Position numbers and translations under genes: made by a program. Of a stretch of DNA of 64,000 bases, positions 6,992 through 16,636 are shown one piece after another. The first letter of the stretch is position 1. Each line of letters begins with the position of its first letter. This DNA comes from a virus: positions 32,001-96,000 of the IMG/VR virus record IMGVR_UViG_3300031857_000054; one strand, written 5' to 3'. Under the pieces are notes generated by a model. It had not been told where the DNA came from, did not search any database, and worked only from the letters and a program-made list of their open reading frames with translations.

Positions 6992-8781
6992 TGGCACAAA
7001 GGGCTGCAATAGCATCTGGTAACTGGAGTAATCCAGCTATTTGGAACGGGGGAGTACTTCCTGAACCTGGAGATGTTGTTGCTTCTAACGGCTTTACAGT
7101 TACTATTGACCAGAATATTAACGTAGATTCAATTACAAATGCGGCAACTACGGTAGGAACCGAAGTTCCTTTAATGACTTCTAATACCGCACCTAGTGGT
7201 ATTGCTTCTAATAATGGTACAGGAGGTTTTGCAAGTTTTTCTGCTTATTTGTCTTTTGATCGTAGTTTTGGTCTTTGTTATTATCCAGGACCAGTTACAG
7301 GGGATTGGATTGCATACGAATTTGCTACTGCTAAAAAAATAGGAAGATTCGGTGTATCTTTTAATGGAGGTTCAAATACTGTTAGTTATAGCTTAGAAGC
7401 ATGGAATGGTTCTACTTGGATTGTTATTGGAACTCATACAGCAAATGGTAGTTTTACCAGTCCATATTTTGTAAATACAACTGCATATCTTAAGTATAGA
7501 ATAGTACTTTCTGGCACTAATACAGGAGCTCAAATAACTGAGTTTTATTTGTACGATGCCTTGTCTGTAGCTGCAACAGCAGGAGGAGGATTTATTGTAG
7601 ACGCAACTAGAACTTTAACTTTTACAAGTAGTGTCTATAGTATTTCAGCAGGAACGGTAACTTGTTTAACTTACTCTGGAAATTCAAGTACTACATTAAC
7701 TATAAGTGCAGGAGTTGGGGGTATCAGTAGTGTATCTGCTACGAATCGGGGCTGTATTGAGGTTACGGGAGGTGGGAATGTAAATATTACTGCTAATTTA
7801 AATTACTTGCAGGTTTGGGCAACAAATAATTCAAGACTAAGACTTGTAAGTGCAGGCACTGTAAATATAACAGGAGCTTTATTAGCAGGAGGACAGGGAG
7901 GATATGCTGTACATGTAGTAGGTAATAATATAACACTTAATGTAGTAGGTAATTTGTTTGGAGGAGGAGATAATGATGCCTATGCTATTTCAGCTTCTGG
8001 TTTAAATAATACTATTACTGTTGTAGGGAATCTTTATCCTAGTGGAGCTAACAGAGCAGGAGGAATTAATATGGCTAGTACAGGAACTTTAAATGTTACA
8101 GGTAATGTTTATGGAGGATATAATCCTGGACAACCTGGTTACGGCATCCTACTAGCAGCTGTTTGTACTTGTAATATTACAGGAAATATTACCTTAGAAG
8201 GTACACAAAGCGCTCCTGCTTTTTATTCTAACGTAGCTTCTTATGTAAATCATATTGGAGCTATAAGTTCCAGCGTAACAACTTCTACATCACAAATTTT
8301 TATATCACTTAATGCCTCAGCTATTAATATTTTAACAGGGCCTTTTATTTCTTCTCCTACAGGAGGTCAACCTCTTTATGTATCTCGTATGCACTACAGG
8401 AGAACAATGGGTTCTTATTTTGAGTTTAGAAATAACAGTACAAATGGAGCTTTACCTCCAGCTGCTCCTGCTCCTGCTACTAGATTGGTAAGTCCAGATA
8501 CAGTAGCAGACTCTCCTATTCCTGCAAATGTACGACAAGGAACAGTTTATTCATTAGGTTCTCAAACAGGCACAATGATAGTACCTTCTCCGTCTAACGT
8601 AGCCAACAATGTACCTGTAGACAACACAGTAGGAACAGCAGTCCTTGACCCTAACGCTATATGGGCTGTCCCACTAACTTCCATCAATACCTTAAATAGT
8701 ATAGGAAGAAGAGTTAAAAACGCTGCTACAGTAGAAACTACTGGAGCACAAATTCAAACCACATTAAATAATAACGAGTAA
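6991..8781 (+). CDS. Tail spike / receptor-binding protein, paralog 1
   Basis: ASGNWSNPAIWNGG start, discoidin/CBM-like segment (WIAYEF...YLKYRI), GTLNVTGNVYGG beta-helix repeats. Confidence 0.65.
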   Translation: MAQRAAIASGNWSNPAIWNGGVLPEPGDVVASNGFTVTIDQNINVDSITNAATTVGTEVPLMTSNTAPSGIASNNGTGGFASFSAYLSFDRSFGLCYYPGPVTGDWIAYEFATAKKIGRFGVSFNGGSNTVSYSLEAWNGSTWIVIGTHTANGSFTSPYFVNTTAYLKYRIVLSGTNTGAQITEFYLYDALSVAATAGGGFIVDATRTLTFTSSVYSISAGTVTCLTYSGNSSTTLTISAGVGGISSVSATNRGCIEVTGGGNVNITANLNYLQVWATNNSRLRLVSAGTVNITGALLAGGQGGYAVHVVGNNITLNVVGNLFGGGDNDAYAISASGLNNTITVVGNLYPSGANRAGGINMASTGTLNVTGNVYGGYNPGQPGYGILLAAVCTCNITGNITLEGTQSAPAFYSNVASYVNHIGAISSSVTTSTSQIFISLNASAINILTGPFISSPTGGQPLYVSRMHYRRTMGSYFEFRNNSTNGALPPAAPAPATRLVSPDTVADSPIPANVRQGTVYSLGSQTGTMIVPSPSNVANNVPVDNTVGTAVLDPNAIWAVPLTSINTLNSIGRRVKNAATVETTGAQIQTTLNNNE

Positions 8782-10547
8782 TGGCACTAAGAGCAGCAAT
8801 AGCATCTGGTAACTGGTCAAACCCAGCAACGTGGAATGGAGGAGTTCTTCCTGGCCCAGGAGATATAGTAGCGTCAAATAACTTCACAGTTACAATAGAT
8901 CAAAATATTAATGTTGATACTTTAACAAACACAGCACAAAGTCTAATTACAGCTGTTCCTTTAATGACTTCTAATACAACACCAAGTGGTATTGTCACAG
9001 GGTTAGGAGGAACAAGTGCTTACATTGCTTTTAATGGGTCAGTCTCACAAAACAGTTTTACCAATGCGAATCCAGGTGACTTTTTTGGATATGAATTTAC
9101 TTCACCAAAAGCAATTGACATGTTTACTTTTGTTTTGGGAGGAAGTATCACAACTAATATCTCTTTCCAAAGTTGGGATGGTTCTGCTTGGATTACTTTA
9201 TATACTGCTGTACTTGCAGGTGTAAACACATTTACCAGTCCTCTTATAGGCAATAGTGTTGCTTACATAAAATACAGGTTTTTAATAAATACCACTGCTA
9301 CTTTACAAATGAGGGAAACTTATTTGTATGAGTATTTATCAACTACTGCAGCAGTAGCTGGCGGTGGATTTATTTTAAATAGTGGAATCACAGTAACTAC
9401 TACAGGGGAAACAGGACTATCTGCTGGGTCTACTGACTTAATTACTTTTTCAAGTAGTGGCACGGCAACAATAAATTGTGGTACTGGAAATATACTAAGA
9501 CCGACATCTGCTTCAGCTATTTCTACAATAAAGGTAACAGGAGGAGGTACGTTAAGTATTACAGGAAATTTAGAACCAGGTTCAACGAATGGTACTAGCA
9601 GGATCCTACATATTACAACAACAGCAGGAGCAGTTGTTAACGTGACAGGAAGAGTATATGGTGGAAATTCAAACGGTATTTTAACAGACGTAAGTTGTAC
9701 ATTAAATGTCATTGGCAATGTACTTGGAACTAATACTAACGGACCAGTAGCAAGTATTTGGTTTGGTGCAGGAGGCACATTGAATGTTACAGGAAATATT
9801 TATGGAAGCGAAGGATTTAACAACAATGGTTACGGAATTTATTTTAATATAGGCAATCTTAATATTACTGGAAACGTATATGGTGGTGAAAACCAAGGAG
9901 TGAATGATTGGGGAATACAAATAGTAGGGATTGCAACTGTCTATATTACAGGTAATCTTTTTTCAGGAAACTCTCCTAGCACAAATAATTTTCCAGCAAT
10001 AAACTGTACTACCGCCTCTTACATAAATCAAGTAGGAGCTATCTATGCAGGAAGAAACTCTGTCGGTTTTGTCTCTTCAAGTAGTACTGCTATAAACCTA
10101 TTAACAGGACCTTTTGTATGTAATGAGTATGGATTCTTTCCTTACCAAGTTGTAAGAATGCATTTAATACCTAGTACAAGTTCTTATTTTGAATTTAGAG
10201 ACGAGACAACCAATGGTGCAATACAACCTGGCGCTATTGCACCTGCTACTCGTTTAGTATCTCCTGCAACTTTAGTAGATAACTTAGCAGTTTCTGATGT
10301 GCGGTTTGGTACTACCTACGCTTTAGGTACATTGACTGGGACTTTGAGAATGCCTAGTGCAAACCAAGTAACCTTTGGAATTCCTGTAGATAATACTTTT
10401 GGAAACGCAGTATTGACCGCTGCTTCTGTTTGGGATTATCTAGTATCAAACATTACAGTAGAGAACAGTATAGGAATGAGACTAAAGAACGTAGCTACTC
10501 CTCAAAGTGTTGGAGAACAGCTAGAAGCTTTTCTAAGATTAGATTAA
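8781..10547 (+). CDS. Tail spike / receptor-binding protein, paralog 2
   Basis: Same architecture as 6991-8781 with near-identical N-terminus and conserved C-terminal part. Confidence 0.65.
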   Translation: MALRAAIASGNWSNPATWNGGVLPGPGDIVASNNFTVTIDQNINVDTLTNTAQSLITAVPLMTSNTTPSGIVTGLGGTSAYIAFNGSVSQNSFTNANPGDFFGYEFTSPKAIDMFTFVLGGSITTNISFQSWDGSAWITLYTAVLAGVNTFTSPLIGNSVAYIKYRFLINTTATLQMRETYLYEYLSTTAAVAGGGFILNSGITVTTTGETGLSAGSTDLITFSSSGTATINCGTGNILRPTSASAISTIKVTGGGTLSITGNLEPGSTNGTSRILHITTTAGAVVNVTGRVYGGNSNGILTDVSCTLNVIGNVLGTNTNGPVASIWFGAGGTLNVTGNIYGSEGFNNNGYGIYFNIGNLNITGNVYGGENQGVNDWGIQIVGIATVYITGNLFSGNSPSTNNFPAINCTTASYINQVGAIYAGRNSVGFVSSSSTAINLLTGPFVCNEYGFFPYQVVRMHLIPSTSSYFEFRDETTNGAIQPGAIAPATRLVSPATLVDNLAVSDVRFGTTYALGTLTGTLRMPSANQVTFGIPVDNTFGNAVLTAASVWDYLVSNITVENSIGMRLKNVATPQSVGEQLEAFLRLD

Positions 10548-10570
10548 TTTAAAGTAAGTAGTAAAAGTAC

Positions 10571-10600
10571 TTGACTTATTTTTTCAATAGTTTATTTTTG
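10571..10600 (+). promoter_or_regulatory. Bacteroidota sigma-A-type promoter of the lysis/envelope operon
   Basis: TTG-N19-TATTTTTG. Confidence 0.7.
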
Positions 10601-10622
10601 TTGTCAAACAAACTATTGACCT

Positions 10623-10877
10623 ATGAAATTTGTAAACTTTATTGGAGGACTTTTCAAAGACGAAAAGGGTAACGTCTCCATGAAACGTTTGTGCGGCTTA
10701 TTTTGCACATTGACTTTGTGCGCTACTTTGTACGCCAATTCTTTTACCGAAGCACACTTTGCTCCTTCTACTCCTTTGGTAGATGCTGTAGCTTTGTTGG
10801 CTTTTGGTTGTTTGGGTTTGACTTCTGTTGAGAAGATCATGAAAAAACCTGAATCTAACTCTACTTCAGCTGAATAA
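10623..10877 (+). CDS. Putative holin
   Basis: 84 aa, two hydrophobic helices, charged C-terminus, directly upstream of the putative endolysin. Confidence 0.5.
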   Translation: MKFVNFIGGLFKDEKGNVSMKRLCGLFCTLTLCATLYANSFTEAHFAPSTPLVDAVALLAFGCLGLTSVEKIMKKPESNSTSAE

Positions 10878-10885
10878 TTAATCTT

Positions 10886-11524
10886 ATGAACTATACAAGA
10901 GAACAAATTGAAGCCGCAGTAAAAGCCAAGGGCTATGCTTACTTTGATGGCACAAAAGACTACGATGTAAATATCATCGGAGTACGTAACTCTTCTACTG
11001 GTAACGATGTTACTAACTTGTTTGATGACACTATGACTGTTGCTTACAAAGTAGGAGGCAAATGGGTATTTCACCAATGGATGGCTACCACAGATCCAGG
11101 TACTAAAGGTGTTAGAGAATTTCACAATGCTGGTGGAGTAGCAAGACTAGTTCCAGGTCAGTACAGAGGTTCACACGGTATTGGTCTACACCAAGGTAAG
11201 TACGAAGCTTTGAAGCAAGCTAAACCAGTGAAGGTTTATCGTGATGCTAACAAAGACATGACTTACGATGAGAATACCATCACTGAGGGTATCTACGGTA
11301 TCAACATCCACAAAGCTGGTGCAGATTCTACTTTTGTAGAAAACTGGAGCGAAGGATGCCAAGTGTTTAAGCGTGAGAAAGATTTTAACCAATTTATGGA
11401 AATCTGTAAACAAGCTCGTGGCATTCATGGTAACTCTTTCACTTACACCTTGATTGAGTCTGGTGACTTTATTGTTGCTGACAAAGTAAAAGGCGAAGCT
11501 AAAAGAGCTGCTAAGAAAAAATAA
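10886..11524 (+). CDS. Putative endolysin (L,D-transpeptidase/YkuD-like cysteine peptidase)
   Basis: GINIH-x(10)-WSEGCQV catalytic-type His/Cys motif; no signal peptide; next to holin-like gene. Confidence 0.6.
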   Translation: MNYTREQIEAAVKAKGYAYFDGTKDYDVNIIGVRNSSTGNDVTNLFDDTMTVAYKVGGKWVFHQWMATTDPGTKGVREFHNAGGVARLVPGQYRGSHGIGLHQGKYEALKQAKPVKVYRDANKDMTYDENTITEGIYGINIHKAGADSTFVENWSEGCQVFKREKDFNQFMEICKQARGIHGNSFTYTLIESGDFIVADKVKGEAKRAAKKK

Positions 11525-11979
11525 TGAAAAGACTACTCGTTAGTCTTTTAATATTCTTGACTATCTCCTGCAAAGCACAAACTATTGCTAAGGCAGGAGA
11601 TGGTTGGGATTTAAAGATTGACTCAGCCATACAACTTATAAAGACCATTGACCCTGAAAAGTACAAAGTCTTTACAGATGTATGTCAAAGAGTTGATTTT
11701 TGGAAAAGTTCTTTTTCTTCCACAGGTGTAGTCGAAGGAGACTATACCATACTAGTAGCAGACGCAGACATTAAGTTAAAGTCTATCAATAACTTAGCGG
11801 CTGTGTTAGTTCACGAAAGTATGCATTTAGTATTTGTTTTACAAGATGCAGTCATGAGTGAAAAGGAAGAAGAGTATAAGTGCTATTTGTATGAATTATC
11901 CTTTATTAAAAACATCCCAACCCCCGAGCCTTGGTTACTGGCAAACCTTTATGAAAAATTGCAAAAATATAAACCATGA
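11524..11979 (+). CDS. Secreted zincin-like (HExxH) protein
   Basis: Signal peptide ending KA|Q; LVHESMH followed by EEEYKCY as a possible third ligand. Confidence 0.65.
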   Translation: MKRLLVSLLIFLTISCKAQTIAKAGDGWDLKIDSAIQLIKTIDPEKYKVFTDVCQRVDFWKSSFSSTGVVEGDYTILVADADIKLKSINNLAAVLVHESMHLVFVLQDAVMSEKEEEYKCYLYELSFIKNIPTPEPWLLANLYEKLQKYKP

Positions 11980-13865
11980 AAAAAATACTTTTGTTTGCGT
12001 TGGGATTGTTTATCCTCACTACTAACTTATTTGCACAAAGTGCAAACACTTCTCCTGGAACTGGGCATTGGGTTGTTATCGACTCAGGTTATCAAGTAGC
12101 TACAACTACTGTAGGTAAAACTGTTGCTCCGTTACATTTCTACAACACTTCTACTAGTGAAAAAATTACAGGTATGCAGTTTCGTGTATTTTACGATAAC
12201 ACTGCATTTACTGGTGTTGTACCTTCTTTGAAGATTTCTACTTCAGATCAGTATCTTCAGTATGTAGATAGTAATTTACAAGGATTTTTAACTGTAACTC
12301 TAGCTTACACAGGTTCTAGTTCTACTTTTAACTATTCTGACGGTGCTACATTTGATTTAACTTTTACTCACGCTGCCGAAGCTATATTTAACAACTTAGA
12401 TTCTATCAAGACTTTGAAAGTTGCAGGTGTGAAATCATTTGCAAATAGAGCTGCTACTAACTGGGGTAACGATACCACTTTGGTTGTCTACTCTTATGGT
12501 GGTCGTTTCAACCAAAAGGTTCTTCGCTTTGCTGCTAAGTTTAAAAACGTTACGGGTTCTGATGCTAAGAATCTTTGGGTATCTTTAGAAAAGAAAGCTC
12601 CTACAGGTTCTTGGACACATGTAGAGTCAAAATCAACTAACTCATTGGGCCACGTAGTATTTAAGAAATTTATTGATACTACCTACTGGGATGTAAGAAT
12701 GGTTGTTAAAGGCGATACAATGACTCCTGGTAACGTATTCTCTACTGCTGATGCACAAAAGATTAACCAAGCAATCCTTGCACAATATACTCCAACAGGA
12801 TTTGACTACTACACTATGGATGTAAACGGAACTAGCGGAGACATTTCTATTGCTGACGTTTACTCTGTATACGGACGTTTGGCAGGAAGATTCTCTTCTT
12901 GGCCCAACTCTAAAAAAGACGTAATGTTCTTTACAGTAGCTGAGTATAATGCTATCAACGGTGCTACTGCTAATCCAACCTCTACTTACGCAACTGTTAA
13001 CAACTTCAACTATTCTATTGACGGTAAAGACTCTATTACTTACTACGTAGCAGTTAAAGGAGACGCAAACTCTACAGGATTTAAAATGGCTCGTTTGACT
13101 CCTATTAAAATTGTTAACCAAGCAAATGCTAAGAACTACATCATTGACAAAACAGTAAGCTATGATGATCCTTCTTTGGAGACAGTAGAAATCAATATGC
13201 CCAAAGTAAAAGTAGAGGATGGCAATTTGGTGAGCGTACCAGTTAAAGTTTTAACTAACGGTAAAGACCTTACTGCTCTTCAGTTAGACCTTAAATATGA
13301 TACTGCTTACTTGTCTTTCAAACAGATTGAAGTAACAGAAAAAATCATGAAGTGGACTGCCTACACAAACCCTTCTAATGGAGTTGTGTCTTGGGGAGGA
13401 GCTGACCTTACAAATGACAATCTGTTAAAAGACGGAGAACAAGTATTTACTCTTCAGTTCATTGCTAAGAAACCACAGGATTCTTGGGCTACAGCAGCCA
13501 TCTGGACAGCAGAAAAGTACGTAGGTGATAACAAGGCTAAGGATATGAACATTAGACCTACTATGGGCATTGTTGAGGTTCGTAGAAAAGGATTGGTATC
13601 TATCAACCAAGTAAGTGACCTAATAGCATTTCCAAATCCTTCAGAAGGTGCTATCCAAGTACAATTCAAGATAGCCGAAGAGTCTGATGTAAACTTGTCT
13701 TTGTACAATGAGGTAGGTCAGTTAGTCCAAAATATTCTAGACAAGCACATGCCTGTAGGAAACTATAAGTATAGTGTAGATTTAGAAAGATTACCTGACG
13801 GAGTTTATATCTTAACTCTTAAAACAGAAAAACAATTCCTAGATTCTAAACTATTAATCATATGA
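11976..13865 (+). CDS. Cohesin/dockerin-like surface protein with type IX secretion C-terminal domain
   Basis: Signal peptide FA|Q; two cohesin-like domains (ITGMQFRVFYD; VSVPVKV...LTALQLDLKYD); dockerin-like loop DVNGTSGDISIAD; CTD AFPNP...LYNEVGQLV...LPDGVYILTL...KLLII. Confidence 0.75.
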   Translation: MKKILLFALGLFILTTNLFAQSANTSPGTGHWVVIDSGYQVATTTVGKTVAPLHFYNTSTSEKITGMQFRVFYDNTAFTGVVPSLKISTSDQYLQYVDSNLQGFLTVTLAYTGSSSTFNYSDGATFDLTFTHAAEAIFNNLDSIKTLKVAGVKSFANRAATNWGNDTTLVVYSYGGRFNQKVLRFAAKFKNVTGSDAKNLWVSLEKKAPTGSWTHVESKSTNSLGHVVFKKFIDTTYWDVRMVVKGDTMTPGNVFSTADAQKINQAILAQYTPTGFDYYTMDVNGTSGDISIADVYSVYGRLAGRFSSWPNSKKDVMFFTVAEYNAINGATANPTSTYATVNNFNYSIDGKDSITYYVAVKGDANSTGFKMARLTPIKIVNQANAKNYIIDKTVSYDDPSLETVEINMPKVKVEDGNLVSVPVKVLTNGKDLTALQLDLKYDTAYLSFKQIEVTEKIMKWTAYTNPSNGVVSWGGADLTNDNLLKDGEQVFTLQFIAKKPQDSWATAAIWTAEKYVGDNKAKDMNIRPTMGIVEVRRKGLVSINQVSDLIAFPNPSEGAIQVQFKIAEESDVNLSLYNEVGQLVQNILDKHMPVGNYKYSVDLERLPDGVYILTLKTEKQFLDSKLLII

Positions 13866-14212
13866 AACTAAAAGAAAAATTAGGTTTTGGCCAAGCAGAA
13901 CCCGTAGCAGTAGCAGACAACAATCGTTTCTACTACATGTTGCAACAAATGCAAGCCAATCGTTGGAAAATTACAGCTATTGTATTGGGGTTGTTTACCT
14001 TAATCATAGTTGGTATTAATGCTGCTGTCTTTGTAGGAGCTTCTATTGGAGAAGACTGGAAAGAAATGTTACTTATCCTCTTAGGAGCTTTTGTAGGTAA
14101 CTTGAACAAAGTAGTTGACTACTGGTTCAACTCTGAAGATAGAGACAAAATGTTAATACAGAAGGTGGATGAGGAGGATGGTGTATCTTTGTCAAACACA
14201 ACTAATCCATAA
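13862..14212 (+). CDS. Two-helix membrane protein
   Basis: Two hydrophobic segments; LLGAFVGNLNKVVDYWF. Confidence 0.65.
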   Translation: MKLKEKLGFGQAEPVAVADNNRFYYMLQQMQANRWKITAIVLGLFTLIIVGINAAVFVGASIGEDWKEMLLILLGAFVGNLNKVVDYWFNSEDRDKMLIQKVDEEDGVSLSNTTNP

Positions 14213-14216
14213 TATT

Positions 14217-14540
14217 ATGTCAGAAGAACAAGAAGAAGGCGGAATGTCTGGTGTAAAGAAGGCAATCATCGGAGCAATTACCACAGCGGTAACTGCAGGT
14301 GGTGCTTGGTTTGCTACTCACTTAGGTGGTGGCGAAGATGAAAAACCAGAAACTCCAGCAGCTGTAGCTGCTCCCGCACCTGTGATTAACATCACTACGA
14401 ACAACGAACAGAAGCAACAGGCAAACACTGGTGGCGGTAATACCGTCATCATTAAGGAAAAGGTAGCACCTGCTGCATCTACTCCTGCCCCTGCTGCTCC
14501 TGCATCTAAACCCCAAGCAGATGAAGAAGATCCTTGGTAG
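14217..14540 (+). CDS. Single-pass membrane protein with Pro/Ala-rich extended tail (start ATG 14217)
   Basis: KKAIIGAITTAVTAGGAWFAT helix, then P/A-rich segments, ending EEDPW. Confidence 0.65.
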   Translation: MSEEQEEGGMSGVKKAIIGAITTAVTAGGAWFATHLGGGEDEKPETPAAVAAPAPVINITTNNEQKQQANTGGGNTVIIKEKVAPAASTPAPAAPASKPQADEEDPW

Positions 14541-15210
14541 CCTACTGTTAATAATCCTTATCTATGGTTGTGGTTCTATGAAGACCACAACCGAGGATGA
14601 GGTTATTGAGAAAAAAGATATTTCTAGCGTGTCTGGATATACTGATTCTATTAAGAAGAACGTACAAGTAATTAGCATGGACATGACTAAAGTGTTGGCT
14701 ATGTACCCAAGTCTTCAAGAGAAAAATGTAGGTTTAGGTTTTGCAGAATCCGTATTAGATTATTTAGATGAAACAAATCGTTTTGTATTTACTGAAGAGA
14801 AGGGTGAAATCAAGGAAAGGATGGTAACTCAATTCAAAGCTTCTAAAAAAGGAGTCTTTGAAGAACCTATTGACGGCAAAGGAAAAATTAAAGCTGCCCA
14901 CTACTTTGTTTATGTAACCGTTGCTGATTTTGCAGTAGACGAGGACGAGACTGTACAAGGTGGAAAAGCTAAAGTAGTGGTAACTACTTTTATCCGTTTG
15001 CAAGTTCGATTTGTAGACGCTAAAACAGGACAAATTTACATTGGTTCTGGTGAAGGCGAATCTATAAAAGTAGGAGAGTCGTTCTTAAAATCTCTAGACG
15101 ATATGAAGTTTTCTCAAAGTACCGTAGGTAAGGCAACACGAAAGTCGCTTGAAACAGCAACTACCAAAGTGATTGAAAACCTTATTAGAAACGGTGTCTT
15201 TAAGAGCTAA
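14521..15210 (+). CDS. CsgG/HfaB-like lipoprotein
   Basis: Lipobox IYGC; NRFVFTEE, then LQVRFVDAKTGQIY and a terminal helix GKATRKSLETA, the layout of the CsgG-like family. Confidence 0.7.
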   Translation: MKKILGSLLLIILIYGCGSMKTTTEDEVIEKKDISSVSGYTDSIKKNVQVISMDMTKVLAMYPSLQEKNVGLGFAESVLDYLDETNRFVFTEEKGEIKERMVTQFKASKKGVFEEPIDGKGKIKAAHYFVYVTVADFAVDEDETVQGGKAKVVVTTFIRLQVRFVDAKTGQIYIGSGEGESIKVGESFLKSLDDMKFSQSTVGKATRKSLETATTKVIENLIRNGVFKS

Positions 15211-16636
15211 CATATTAATCTTACTATTGAGTATAGGACTGAGTTTAAAAGCTCAGTCCTTTACTTACTCGTACAAAGATCCGTGTACAAAAGAATTAAA
15301 GTTCATTCTTGCTGATATGAACTCTCCGATAGTAATAAGTTACTACGGACAAGTAAAAAACTTCAGTTACACAGAATTGCAGGACGGTACATTTGACGCT
15401 TGGTTAAATTATACTTATGCCAATTACAAAACAACAACCCCATGTCAAGGAGTTTTTGCAACAACTACTACAACTACAAGCACAGCAACTATAACTTCTT
15501 TAGTAAATAATGTGATGAATCTTAACTCTTTAACGAGTTTAGATTTATCTTCGACTTCGCTAGGATCAAGTACTTCAGTAGGAAGTACAACATCTTCTGG
15601 CACAAATGTAAAAAATGACTCTAAAAATGGAAGCTCGAATAACAAAGTTGGTAGTAATGGAAACAATAGTACTACTGATAATTCTGGGAATAATTCTAGT
15701 AACAGTGACCAGTCATCTGGACAAGGGTCCAATACGTCGTCGGAAGGACAAGTAGGCAATGGAAGCAACTCAGGTAATAATTCTAATGGCTCTAATGATG
15801 CTGGGGGTAACTCTGGGAGTGGCTCTAGTTCTTCTTCTAGTGGTGGTGGTAATGGTTCTGGTGGAGGTGGTGGTTCAGGCACCGCAGGTGATAAGAAACC
15901 TGAAGAAAAAACTCCTGAAAAGATAGAAGAACAAAAGAGTGAAACTCAACAAGCAGGTGGAAGTTCGTCTGCAAAAGCCGCTGCTAAAGGGAAAGTAGAA
16001 ACTCAAAAACCAGCTATTCTAGTTACAGGAGATATAGTTGGAGTCCAAACAGTGCAAGATAAAGCACAAGACGCTAGGGCAACAATGTCCTTTACTAGAG
16101 TTAAAGGAGACGGTACTGCCTCTGTTGGACTTGCAGCTGACTATATGGTCAATGCTAAAATAGGAAACTTTAACGGCGTGCGTTCTTGGATGGGCGTTAA
16201 CAAGAAAGGCAACAAACATATCAATGTTCTTTCGGCAGGAATTAACCTCATGCCAAAGTCTTACAACGGTTCTTTGTTGTTTGTAAGGGTAAACTCGCTG
16301 AAGAACTTTACAGCGCTCTACGGAGCCGCCGCATCGTATGGCGAGTTATTTCAAGAAGAAGTTATATCTACCCTACTGATAGGCGGTTTTATGTATAAGG
16401 GACAACTTACTAAACACATAGATGCTACTATTATTGCCGCTAGTGTTTACGCTCCTTATACAAAGTATTACACAGAATCTTTATTTGAATCTCAACCAAT
16501 TATAGTTCCTTTTCTAAACATCAACTACTCACTTACAAAAACTTTTAAGTTCGGACTTACAGGAGGAGGCACGTACATCGCCAATCAGGATGTCGTCAAT
16601 TATCAAATCTTAATGGGAGGTAAGTTAAAGATATGA
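15194..16636 (+). CDS. Secreted protein with S/G/N-rich linker and putative C-terminal outer-membrane beta-barrel (start GTG 15194 or TTG 15173)
   Basis: Signal peptide KA|Q; long low-complexity linker; last ~200 aa are amphipathic strands ending YQILMGGKLKI. Confidence 0.6.
   Translation: MSLRANILILLLSIGLSLKAQSFTYSYKDPCTKELKFILADMNSPIVISYYGQVKNFSYTELQDGTFDAWLNYTYANYKTTTPCQGVFATTTTTTSTATITSLVNNVMNLNSLTSLDLSSTSLGSSTSVGSTTSSGTNVKNDSKNGSSNNKVGSNGNNSTTDNSGNNSSNSDQSSGQGSNTSSEGQVGNGSNSGNNSNGSNDAGGNSGSGSSSSSSGGGNGSGGGGGSGTAGDKKPEEKTPEKIEEQKSETQQAGGSSSAKAAAKGKVETQKPAILVTGDIVGVQTVQDKAQDARATMSFTRVKGDGTASVGLAADYMVNAKIGNFNGVRSWMGVNKKGNKHINVLSAGINLMPKSYNGSLLFVRVNSLKNFTALYGAAASYGELFQEEVISTLLIGGFMYKGQLTKHIDATIIAASVYAPYTKYYTESLFESQPIIVPFLNINYSLTKTFKFGLTGGGTYIANQDVVNYQILMGGKLKI

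Noticed and set aside
5374-10547. Diversity-generating retroelement or invertible fibre switch
   Set aside because: No reverse transcriptase, adenine-specific repeat pair, invertase or inverted crossover sites seen.
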